The notes beneath the pieces were generated by a model. That model worked only from the letters and a program-made list of their open reading frames with translations, had not been told where the DNA came from and did not search any database. Source: Clostridia bacterium (lineage in GTDB: Bacteria; Bacillota; Clostridia; Christensenellales; UBA1242). Taken from it: a stretch of DNA of 64,000 bases. The position numbers and the translations under genes are program-made. Below, piece after piece: positions 28,215 to 36,592 of this stretch; the first letter of the stretch is position 1; each line of letters opens with the position of its first letter. The DNA is taken from NCBI GenBank assembly GCA_900753315.1, contig CAADYP010000010.1:1267-65266 (forward strand). Direction: 5' to 3'.

Positions 28215-29276
28215 TTATTTTCTCCTTAATTTTTCTTGAATATCCATGATTATTGTATCATAATTACCACAATTTTTCATAAGAATTTGACCATTTTTCT
28301 GTAAAATTTTTCCATTTAAAACTGTCATAACAACATCTCTTTTTGATTTCTCCCAAACCAAAGTCTTAAAAATGTCGTCATACAAACTTTTGGCATTTTT
28401 AATAACCATAAAGTTCGCCTTTTTGCCTTCTTTGATTGGATTTTCTTCACCAAAGAGCATTTTTGCACCTGCATTGCAAGCCATAGACAAAACTTCTTTT
28501 TCGCTGATGCAGTTTTTGTCTTCAAAAAGCCCTCTTTGTGACATCAAAATCTGTCTCATAAATGCAAAAAAGTCAATTTCAAACGAATAACCACTTCCCA
28601 ATCCAACATTAAAATCAAACGATTTCAAACTCAACAAATTGGTTGGTCTTCTACCATTTTTGCCGTCTTCGCCAACTGTCAAACAGAAGTCACATTCATA
28701 ATTTGAAAGCAATTCCAAATCATCTTTTTCAAGACAGTTTCCGCCAACAAAAATAGGTTTTCTATCCAAAAATCCAAAATCTTCAAGCACCTGAACCATT
28801 GGTTTTTTATATAATTTATCAACCATTCCAAGTTCGTCCAAATCTTGCCCAGCCTTAACAAAAAGTCTCAATTTGTCTTTCGCTACTTTTTCACTTATAG
28901 ACGAAAGTTCGTTTTCTTCCAAATGGTCAAGATTTTCCAAAACATATTCTTTTTCATTTGCAGAGACATCGTTGCAAATTGCACCGGCAAGCAAATTTTT
29001 GATTATCATCAAATTTTCAATATCTTTGCAAAGTTTAACATCACTTTGGTCAAACTCACCATAATCCATTTCAAACGCTCTCTTTGAAGAACAAAACGCA
29101 TTCACAAAATTTGGCATAACAATATCGCCATGCAAATCCACAACTTCACAATTTGCTGATAAACTGCCAACTTTTCCAACCTTTGCAATCTTGTCATCAT
29201 CTGTCAAAATATCGACATAATCAAGCCGTCCAGTCTCTATGTCAAAAAGTTGTGCATTCTTAAATATAACTTGCAT
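28215..29276 (-). CDS. Amidohydrolase-fold protein (MtaD/chlorohydrolase-like), probably catalytically inactive
   Basis: The N-terminus IFKNAQLFD...VVDLHGDIVMPNFVNAFCSS follows the amidohydrolase beta-1 pattern, but HxH is replaced by F-C-S. The expected ...VGLGTDG... reads VGLGSGY. Its stop lies 1 nt before the tex ATG. Confidence 0.55.
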   Translation of the reverse strand: MQVIFKNAQLFDIETGRLDYVDILTDDDKIAKVGKVGSLSANCEVVDLHGDIVMPNFVNAFCSSKRAFEMDYGEFDQSDVKLCKDIENLMIIKNLLAGAICNDVSANEKEYVLENLDHLEENELSSISEKVAKDKLRLFVKAGQDLDELGMVDKLYKKPMVQVLEDFGFLDRKPIFVGGNCLEKDDLELLSNYECDFCLTVGEDGKNGRRPTNLLSLKSFDFNVGLGSGYSFEIDFFAFMRQILMSQRGLFEDKNCISEKEVLSMACNAGAKMLFGEENPIKEGKKANFMVIKNAKSLYDDIFKTLVWEKSKRDVVMTVLNGKILQKNGQILMKNCGNYDTIIMDIQEKLRRK

Positions 29277-29341
29277 ATCCACCCCTATTTTTGTTAAACT
29301 ATTATAGTGAAATTATAACTTAAAAGGAGCGGAAAAATCAA

Positions 29342-30547
29342 ATGAAAGAAAAGACAATTTTGCATTCTGATGTAAACAATTTTTTCGCTTCGGTTGAGTG
29401 TGCCACAAATTCCGAGCTTGTCGGAAAGCCTGTTGCAGTAACAGGAAACCCCGAAAAACGCACTGGCATAATTTTGGCAAAAAATGAAATAGCAAAAAAA
29501 TATGGTGTCAAAACTGGTGAAGCAATTTGGCAAGCAAAACAAAAATGTCCCGACCTTGTAACTCTTGTTCCACATTATGCTCTTTATGAAGAAATTTCAA
29601 AAAAACTGCATGAATTATATCTCCAATACACAGATTTCGTTGAACCTCTTGGGCTTGATGAGTGTTGGCTTGATGTAACTCCATCACTCAAATATCTCGG
29701 CAAAACAGGAGAACAAATTGCAAATGAAATCAGACAAAAAGTGAAAGAAGAATTTGGCATCACCGTGTCTATCGGCGTGTCATTTTCAAAAATTTTTGCA
29801 AAACTTGGCAGTGACATGAAAAAACCTGACGCCACAACAATTTTGCCAAGAGAATCAATCAAATCAAGAGTTTATCCACTCCCACTAAATTCAATTGTAG
29901 GAGTTGGCAGGAAACTGACCGACAAATTTGAAAAAATGAACATAAACACAATCGGTGATTTTGTTGGTCTTGACATAAACTTTGTCAAATCAATTTCAGG
30001 CAAGGTCGGAGAAGAACTCCATCAAAAACTCACAGGTAAACTCATTGATGATGTAAGATGTTATTATGATATTGAACCACCAAAAAGCATAGGCAATGGC
30101 ACCACCACAATTATGGATATAACTTCACAAGAAGATGTTGAAAAAGTGGTGGCTTTTCTTTGTGAAAAAGTTGCATCAAGAATGGCAGTTTCTGACTATC
30201 ATGGCACAACACTTTCTGTTTCAATCAAAACAAACACATTCAAAACTTATCATCACTCAAAAACCTTTGCACCAATGCAAAGTAAAGAAGAAATTTTTTC
30301 AAACGCGCGAAACATGTTGCACGATTTTTGGCATTATGACCAACCTGTTCGAGCAATTCGTATTGCAATTTCAAATCTTGAAAACAACGAAAAAATGGAA
30401 CAACTCTCTTTTCTCGACCAAAAAGAAAAAGATATTACTCGAAGCATACAAGCACTCAAAAACAAATATGGCAAAGATATAATCTATGTTGCGAGCGATA
30501 CCGTTTCATTTATAAATCGAAAAAACAAAGACGAAGAACACAAATAA
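29342..30547 (+). CDS. dinB: Y-family DNA polymerase IV
   Basis: ILHSDVNNFFASVEC...KPVAVTG......GIILAKNEIAKKYGVKTGE...LDECWLDVT...SIGVSFSKIFAKLGSDMKKPD are IMS/UmuC motifs. Confidence 0.88.
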   Translation: MKEKTILHSDVNNFFASVECATNSELVGKPVAVTGNPEKRTGIILAKNEIAKKYGVKTGEAIWQAKQKCPDLVTLVPHYALYEEISKKLHELYLQYTDFVEPLGLDECWLDVTPSLKYLGKTGEQIANEIRQKVKEEFGITVSIGVSFSKIFAKLGSDMKKPDATTILPRESIKSRVYPLPLNSIVGVGRKLTDKFEKMNINTIGDFVGLDINFVKSISGKVGEELHQKLTGKLIDDVRCYYDIEPPKSIGNGTTTIMDITSQEDVEKVVAFLCEKVASRMAVSDYHGTTLSVSIKTNTFKTYHHSKTFAPMQSKEEIFSNARNMLHDFWHYDQPVRAIRIAISNLENNEKMEQLSFLDQKEKDITRSIQALKNKYGKDIIYVASDTVSFINRKNKDEEHK

Positions 30548-30562
30548 TTCAAAATTTTTGTC

Positions 30563-30591
30563 TTGACTATATGCCTTATCCATTGTATAAT
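30563..30591 (+). promoter_or_regulatory. Near-consensus sigma-A promoter for the sigma-like gene
   Basis: TTGACT (30563-68), 17-nt spacer, TATAAT (30586-91). Confidence 0.6.
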
Positions 30592-30613
30592 AAGAAAAAA
30601 AGGAAGGGCGCCT

Positions 30614-31261
30614 ATGAACGAATATCAAAAAATAGTCAAAAAATATTACAATCCTCGTGGCATTCATTTTGAATCTGATGCTGAATATGAGAAGCTTTTT
30701 CATGGTTGGGAAGTTGGTTCTCCAACAGACAAGAAAGAGTTATATGAAAAGATTTATTATTACACATGTGACTATGTTGCACATTTGTTTGAAGCCGAAT
30801 ATTTAAGCGGAAATTTTGAAGATGCATTGCAAGATGCTTACATCTTTTTGATAGAATACAAAAAACCACTGCCATGCACTTTGCCAAAGCTCAAAACCAC
30901 AATAAGCAAATATATAACCACCTGCTTTGAACAAATGCAAACAGAAGAGAAAGAGAAAAATTGGCATCTCAATTTTGAAAAGAACGAAGACATAAGCGCA
31001 ATTATTGACGAAAATATCAATACAGAATCTTCAATTTTATCAAATCTTGACACAGAGGAATTGTTTAAAAAGTCTTGCCAAACAAAAACAAAAGAGCAAA
31101 CTGACAAAAGATGCAAAATGGCATATCGCTATGTTTATGAAGGGAAAACACCAAACCAAATAGCAAAAGAACTCAACTGTTCAAAAGACCAAGTTTGTTC
31201 CAATATTGCACAAGTTCTTAAAAAGTCAAGAGCAATAGTTGAAAAGGAAAAAGAAAAGTAA
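30614..31261 (+). CDS. Putative divergent sigma-70-family or HTH regulator
   Basis: The C-terminal KRCKMAYRYVYEGKTPNQIAKELNCSKDQVCSNIAQVLKKSR looks like a sigma region-4.2 HTH. DALQDAYIFLIEY is a weak region-2-like segment. ATG at 30614 follows GGAAGG. Confidence 0.4.
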   Translation: MNEYQKIVKKYYNPRGIHFESDAEYEKLFHGWEVGSPTDKKELYEKIYYYTCDYVAHLFEAEYLSGNFEDALQDAYIFLIEYKKPLPCTLPKLKTTISKYITTCFEQMQTEEKEKNWHLNFEKNEDISAIIDENINTESSILSNLDTEELFKKSCQTKTKEQTDKRCKMAYRYVYEGKTPNQIAKELNCSKDQVCSNIAQVLKKSRAIVEKEKEK

Positions 31262-31319
31262 AAATTTTACTTAAAAAGACTAAAAGCAGATGATATCACA
31301 TAAAAAACTACAATAAAAA

Positions 31320-31344
31320 ACTTGCAAATGATTTGCAAGTTTTT
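31320..31344. terminator. Bidirectional terminator between the sigma-like gene and secF
   Basis: Stem CTTGCAAA / TTTGCAAG (31321-39), flanked by A6 upstream and T5 downstream. Confidence 0.75.
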
Positions 31345-31377
31345 ATTTTTATTCAAATTTAAAACTGTTATTTTCAA

Positions 31378-32508
31378 TTATTCAACAACAATTTCAACAT
31401 TGTCGTCATTAGATTTCTTTGGTTGAGAATTGCTTGACTTCTTGTTTTTCTTTGGTCTGTAAGCGATTGCCCAAAGTCCTGGAGTCAAACATGTTGCTGA
31501 ATAGAAACCAGCAAGGATTCCAATCATGATAGGGAATGCAAATTCTCTAATATCAGGCACACCAATAACTGTAACCATAAAAATCATGATGAAAGTTGTG
31601 AGTGTTGTAAGGATTGTTCTCATAAATGATGCTCTAACTGCACCATTTGCGACTTCTTGATTTGAAATCTTTGCGTTTGACTGTTTTGCAGTTTTTAAAT
31701 CACTTCTCATTCTATCAAAAATGATAATTGTGTTGTTTACAGAATAACCCAAAATTGTAACCAATGCAGCGATAAATGAAACATTGATTTCAATTCTACA
31801 AATAAGCATAATTGATGTTGTAACAAGCAAATCATGGAATAATGCCAAGATTGCTGCAAGTCCACTTGTGAACTCAAATCTGAATGCAACATAAACCAAA
31901 ATAAGCAAAATTGCAACCAAAAGTGCGATAAATGACTTCATCATAAGTTCTGAACTTGCACTTGCTGTTGTTATACCACCATTTGCAATAAGGGCTGATT
32001 CTTCAATGCTTCCAATTGTTTCCAAAGTTGCATCTTCATCGACATACTTAAAAGCTTTCAAAAGGTCAAGTCTGATTTTGTCATTTATTTCTTCAATTTT
32101 AGCAGTTTCAAGTTTATTGTTGTTTTGGTATTTTATGATAACGGCCTTGCCATCTTCAATACCCATTCCGCTGATGTTCATTGTTGTGTCTTGATATGTG
32201 TTTATATCAAGTCCATATTCTCTCAAAACATTGTTGATTTTTTGCTCCAAAACTCTTTGGTTTGTTGAAACAACAGAATCGTCAACAGTATAAGTTCCGT
32301 CAGTATCAAGATAGATTGTCATGTTTGAGCCACCTGTGAAGTCAATACCAAGATTGAATCCAAGTGTGCACAAAAGCACAACACCTACCAAGCAAATAAC
32401 AATTGGAGCAATCAAAAACCATTTCAAGTTTTTGCAAAAGTTAAATTTTGAATTTTCAATCTTTTCATCAAGCGAAAATTTTGAAGTCTTTTTATATTTC
32501 TTATTCAT
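31378..32508 (-). CDS. secF: Protein translocase subunit SecF
   Basis: GIDFTGGS motif and C-terminal six-TM block with ...IIFDRMR... Its start overlaps the secD stop by 8 nt, with GGAGGG SD inside secD. Confidence 0.88.
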   Translation of the reverse strand: MNKKYKKTSKFSLDEKIENSKFNFCKNLKWFLIAPIVICLVGVVLLCTLGFNLGIDFTGGSNMTIYLDTDGTYTVDDSVVSTNQRVLEQKINNVLREYGLDINTYQDTTMNISGMGIEDGKAVIIKYQNNNKLETAKIEEINDKIRLDLLKAFKYVDEDATLETIGSIEESALIANGGITTASASSELMMKSFIALLVAILLILVYVAFRFEFTSGLAAILALFHDLLVTTSIMLICRIEINVSFIAALVTILGYSVNNTIIIFDRMRSDLKTAKQSNAKISNQEVANGAVRASFMRTILTTLTTFIMIFMVTVIGVPDIREFAFPIMIGILAGFYSATCLTPGLWAIAYRPKKNKKSSNSQPKKSNDDNVEIVVE

Positions 32509-33862
32509 TTGCTTGCCCTCCTACGATTGCCTCTTCGCTTTCTTTGATATGTTTGATTTGTTTTGGCAAGTGGAGTTTCTTTGCTTTAACACTGTTGAAA
32601 GGCAGATACCATTTTACTAAGAATCTCAAAATAACAAGATTCATAAACATAGAAAGCACGATACCGATAAGAAGAGTGATTGCAAATCCTTGAATTGATG
32701 CAGTCCCCAAAATGTAAAGCACAAGAGCAGTGATAATTGTTGTAATATTACTATCAAAGATAGGCCAGAACGCACGCTTAAAACCAATCTTTACTGAAAG
32801 TGGAATCTTCTTTCCAGAACGATATTCTTCTCTAACTCTTTCAAATATGATAACGGTTCCATCAACTGCCATACCGATACTCAAAATAATTCCGGCAAGA
32901 CCTGGCAATGTGAGTTGAACAAATGAAATTGCTTGCAAGAAGAAAAGCATCAAAACTGTATACATAACAAGAGCAAAAGAAGCCAAGAAACCGAAGTCTC
33001 CATATCTAAGCCAAAGAATAAGCATGATAAGAAACATTCCAACAAAGCCACCGATAATAGCAAGCTTCAATGCTTGTCCGCCCAATGTCGCAGACACAAC
33101 AGAACTTTCAAGAAGTTCGAGTTCAACATTAAATGTTCCGCTCATGATTTTGAGAGCATAATCTTCTGCGTCTTTCATCGTATTAAAACTTCCTGAAATG
33201 AAAGTTGAGCCACCAGTAATTTTTTGCTCACAAGTCAATTGCATATCAGCAGAGTCGTCAATTTCGCCAAGATAGATATAAATTTTTTTATCTCCACTTG
33301 CAGCTTCACCTGTCAAATCTGCAAATTTCTTTGCCCCTTCTTTTGTGAATGTTACGCTGACACCATAAACATAGTCTCCGCTGTCACCTTTTTGAACAGT
33401 TGCTTGAACATTTGAAATGTCAGAACCTTTGATTCTTGCTTCTGCACTTGAACTTTGTGTAAGTGTCATATAAAGTGGAGTAGGTTCTCCAATCATATCA
33501 AAAATTTCGTCAGAGTTTGTAACCGAAGGAACTTCGATTCTGATTTTTGTGTTTCCTTGTCTTGTGATTGTTGCTTCTGAATATTCTTTTGTGATAACAC
33601 TTTCAAGTCTTGTGACTGTGGCATCAATAGCCGTGTCCAAGTCAGAAGTGTTGCTGTCTTTGGCGATTGAACAATCATACACAACAGAAATACCACCTGC
33701 AAGGTCAAGCCCAAGTGAAATTGAGTTTGCAAAACCATTGTAAGTGTAAGATGTGAATGGAATATCAAAACTACAAACAGACAAAACAATTCCAAGAATT
33801 GTGATAACAATCATCGCAACAAAGTTTATGATGGAATTCTTTTTAACTTTACTTCTAGCCAT
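32501..33862 (-). CDS. secD: Protein translocase subunit SecD
   Basis: LGLDLAGGISVVY and a C-terminal TM block with ...IIFERVREE.... AAGGGGAAG SD. Confidence 0.88.
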   Translation of the reverse strand: MARSKVKKNSIINFVAMIVITILGIVLSVCSFDIPFTSYTYNGFANSISLGLDLAGGISVVYDCSIAKDSNTSDLDTAIDATVTRLESVITKEYSEATITRQGNTKIRIEVPSVTNSDEIFDMIGEPTPLYMTLTQSSSAEARIKGSDISNVQATVQKGDSGDYVYGVSVTFTKEGAKKFADLTGEAASGDKKIYIYLGEIDDSADMQLTCEQKITGGSTFISGSFNTMKDAEDYALKIMSGTFNVELELLESSVVSATLGGQALKLAIIGGFVGMFLIMLILWLRYGDFGFLASFALVMYTVLMLFFLQAISFVQLTLPGLAGIILSIGMAVDGTVIIFERVREEYRSGKKIPLSVKIGFKRAFWPIFDSNITTIITALVLYILGTASIQGFAITLLIGIVLSMFMNLVILRFLVKWYLPFNSVKAKKLHLPKQIKHIKESEEAIVGGQANE

Positions 33863-33924
33863 TACTTCCCCTTAAAATAAAAACATAATATTTTGGTTGC
33901 ACTATATCAAAATAGCTACTTTGA

Positions 33925-33953
33925 ATTATAATACATTAAGGGGCTTATGTCAA
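33925..33953 (-). promoter_or_regulatory. Consensus sigma-A promoter for secDF
   Basis: The minus strand reads TTGACA (33953-48), 17-nt spacer, TATAAT (33930-25). Confidence 0.65.
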
Positions 33954-33961
33954 TTAAAAAA

Positions 33962-34369
33962 CTAATTTTTTTTCAAATTGACGCAAATAATGCCACAAAT
34001 TGCGCCTATTACACTGCCGAAAATAAGGTCATTTAAAAAGGTTTTGTCAAAAGAGAAAGTCCCGTCCAAAATTGAGAACACCAAGAAAGCAGAAATCGTG
34101 AACAAAAACCCAATCAAAAGCCCGTTTAAAAGTCCCATTTCTTTGTGCTTTTTCATGCCAACAAACACTCCAAAAAAGATGCTCACACCCTTGATAACCT
34201 GATTCACTGGAGCAATAATTTTGTCCGAAATGCTGGTAAAGCGCAAAACAAATGCAAAGAGCAAAATGCCCACGAGCGCCGTTGCAAGTCCAACCAAAAC
34301 GCCTTTCAAAATGCATTTCCACATTTGGTTTTTGTCTTGTTTTTCACTTCTCAATGTTTTCGCTTTCAT
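33962..34369 (-). CDS. Small four-helix membrane protein, TIGR04086/YrzE-like
   Basis: Four hydrophobic helices and a position between yajC and secD, as in many Firmicutes. I chose the ATG at 34369 (GGAGG 5 nt upstream) over 34387. Confidence 0.45.
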   Translation of the reverse strand: MKAKTLRSEKQDKNQMWKCILKGVLVGLATALVGILLFAFVLRFTSISDKIIAPVNQVIKGVSIFFGVFVGMKKHKEMGLLNGLLIGFLFTISAFLVFSILDGTFSFDKTFLNDLIFGSVIGAICGIICVNLKKN

Positions 34370-34503
34370 TATTGCCTCCTCCGCCATATTTTAAACATGG
34401 ACAAACCTTCAAACTTACTATAAAATATGCAAGAACAAATTGCAAAATGACAAAAAAATAAGAGCCATCGCCCTTATTTTGTTTTTTAAATTTTTATTGA
34501 CTA

Positions 34504-35025
34504 TTATTTATTTTCTTCTTTGCTTTCTGCTTTAACTTCTACAGTCTCTGTCTTGTTTTCAGTTTCTGCGACTTTTTTCTTCTTTTTTGAATCTTTTTTC
34601 TCTGCTTTTGCTTCTTCAGCGGCTTTTTCAGCAGATTTCTTTTCTTCCAAAGCTTTCTTTTCTGCTTCAGCCTTTGCTTCTGCTTCTTTTTTCAATTCGG
34701 CATCACTTTTGAAAACTGTGTAAACAGCATAAGCATCAATGCTCATATAACTTTTGTGCTCTTTGCTTCCTGTTTCAATAACAACAACTTTTTGTGTGTC
34801 GTCAAACTTAAGTTCTACAATAGTGCCATAAACACCACTTGTTGTCAAAATTTTGTCTCCAACCTTCAAAGAATTTGTTTGTTCTTGAACCTTTTGTGTC
34901 TCTCTCTTGTTTCTAGCATTCATCATAATTGGCATAGCAATCAAAAGCAAAGCCACAACTCCAATAAGCACATAATTCCATACTCCATTTCCGGCATTTG
35001 TTGTCCCGTCAAGCAACATACTCAT
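34504..35025 (-). CDS. yajC: Preprotein translocase subunit YajC with a K/E/A-rich C-terminal tail
   Basis: A single TM helix is followed by QEQTNSLKVGDKILTTSGVYGTIVEL...VVIE (YajC core). About 70 aa of AEAKAEAEKKALEEKK-type low complexity follow. Confidence 0.8.
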   Translation of the reverse strand: MSMLLDGTTNAGNGVWNYVLIGVVALLLIAMPIMMNARNKRETQKVQEQTNSLKVGDKILTTSGVYGTIVELKFDDTQKVVVIETGSKEHKSYMSIDAYAVYTVFKSDAELKKEAEAKAEAEKKALEEKKSAEKAAEEAKAEKKDSKKKKKVAETENKTETVEVKAESKEENK

Positions 35026-35041
35026 AAATTTTTTCTCCCTT

Positions 35042-35116
35042 TTATTTGAAATAGAATCCCATAATCAAAAACATCAAGATTACCCCAAGTGGCAACGCCA
35101 ATGCATTTATATCCAT
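35042..35116 (-). CDS. Candidate 24-aa hydrophobic micro-protein upstream of yajC
   Basis: Hand-translated MDINALALPLGVILMFLIMGFYFK. GGAGAG SD lies 5 nt upstream of the ATG, and the TAA stop lies 16 nt before the yajC ATG. Too short for the track. Confidence 0.3.
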   Translation of the reverse strand: MDINALALPLGVILMFLIMGFYFK

Positions 35117-35211
35117 AGCGACTCTCCTTTTATCTTACACTAAAAGATTAACATATTGCAAACAAATTTTCAAGATTAATTTCTAAAAAAGATGTTTTTT
35201 GTCTAAAACTC

Positions 35212-36507
35212 TCAAATAGACTCTTTCAGACACTTTCTTATAATCTTAAATGTTTTTTCTTCTTCGATTTTTTCTTTCTTATCAGAGAAGAATCTTCTTT
35301 CATAAAGCATCAACGCCAAAATGATGAGTGTAAACATTGACGACATAATACACAAGAACACCTTAAACCCAACCAATGATTGATCAAGGTTAAACAAGAA
35401 CATCAAGATAAATGTAAAAACTCTAGAAACCCCCAAAGTCATGTTGCAAATTGCATGGTGTTCAACAATGTATTCGTATAATCCTTCTTCTTTGAGAATT
35501 GAAAACCTTTGAGATTCGTAAAGATATTGATATATAATCTTTGTCGTCACCACTCCCAAATTGTAAACATAAATTGTCGTTATGCTTGGAAAGAAGACAA
35601 ACAAAATAGTGGATAAAAGTGGAATAAATGCGATTATACAAAGGACAAGTTCTCTTTTCCCTAATTGTGTAAATTTTCTAAATGCCACAAGACCAAAAAT
35701 GGAAATTACTGCACATATGCTTATAATCATTCCCAATTTAAAACTAGAACCAAGTTCTATCATAATGCAAATGTTGACAAGTGTCGGCACAATTGTTGTC
35801 AACCCATAAATAATTCCCAGAATATAAATACTTTTTATTTTTGCCTTCGCTTCTGGTTTGTTGTTTAGAGCAGAAAAATACTCTTTCATAGTAAATTTGC
35901 TGTTTTCTGGTCTTTTGCTTCTTACACAAAATGAAAGTCCAATTTGAATAACACAAACAACAAAAATGTAAATTGACACCTGTGCATATGTTGACACTTC
36001 AATCAGTGCTCCCAAGACGATAGGCACAAAAATATCCATTGCTTTGCCAAGTGCTTGATCAAGCAGAACAAAGGTTCTCATACTGCTTCTGCTGACCATT
36101 TCGTGTTTCATCGTGTCGTAAGCAGAATAATAAATTGCCTGTGACACACCATTCAAGATACCTGCAAGTGGAATGAGTTGTGCCAAATCTCTCCCAAAAA
36201 AGATTGCAAAGACAACAAGCCCTGCTCTTGCAATAATTCCACAACGATATATAACCGCCCTGTTTGTCTTTTCAAGCAAATAACCAAGCAAATAATACAC
36301 AATGCAAAGTGATGCATAAGTCACAATCAAATAGAGTGCAACATTATAGACATATTTGTGAATGTCACTTGAAAGGCTGTAAATATAAGCAACCAAAAAA
36401 GTAGACAGAAACAAATCAATTACTGCCGAAATCTTGTGACATGCCATCAAACAATTACTTGAAAGTTTGTCTTTTTTGCTTGTTTTTATATCATAAGAAA
36501 ATCCCAT
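35212..36507 (-). CDS. Polytopic membrane protein, MFS-like transporter (about 12 helices)
   Basis: 431 aa and hydrophobic throughout, with AGAGG SD. No diagnostic motif recognised with confidence. Confidence 0.45.
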   Translation of the reverse strand: MGFSYDIKTSKKDKLSSNCLMACHKISAVIDLFLSTFLVAYIYSLSSDIHKYVYNVALYLIVTYASLCIVYYLLGYLLEKTNRAVIYRCGIIARAGLVVFAIFFGRDLAQLIPLAGILNGVSQAIYYSAYDTMKHEMVSRSSMRTFVLLDQALGKAMDIFVPIVLGALIEVSTYAQVSIYIFVVCVIQIGLSFCVRSKRPENSKFTMKEYFSALNNKPEAKAKIKSIYILGIIYGLTTIVPTLVNICIMIELGSSFKLGMIISICAVISIFGLVAFRKFTQLGKRELVLCIIAFIPLLSTILFVFFPSITTIYVYNLGVVTTKIIYQYLYESQRFSILKEEGLYEYIVEHHAICNMTLGVSRVFTFILMFLFNLDQSLVGFKVFLCIMSSMFTLIILALMLYERRFFSDKKEKIEEEKTFKIIRKCLKESI

Positions 36508-36592
36508 ATTTGACCTCTTTTGTTTTTATCCACTTTTTTGATTGGTTTTAATTTCAATAAATGCAAATTTTTATCAAAATCTTCTGTCAAAA

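Noticed and set aside
36526-36533. Single DnaA-box-like 8-mer TTATCCAC between thrS and the MFS-like gene
   Set aside because: It is an isolated 8/9 match with no cluster and no adjacent A/T-rich unwinding element, which is consistent with chance.
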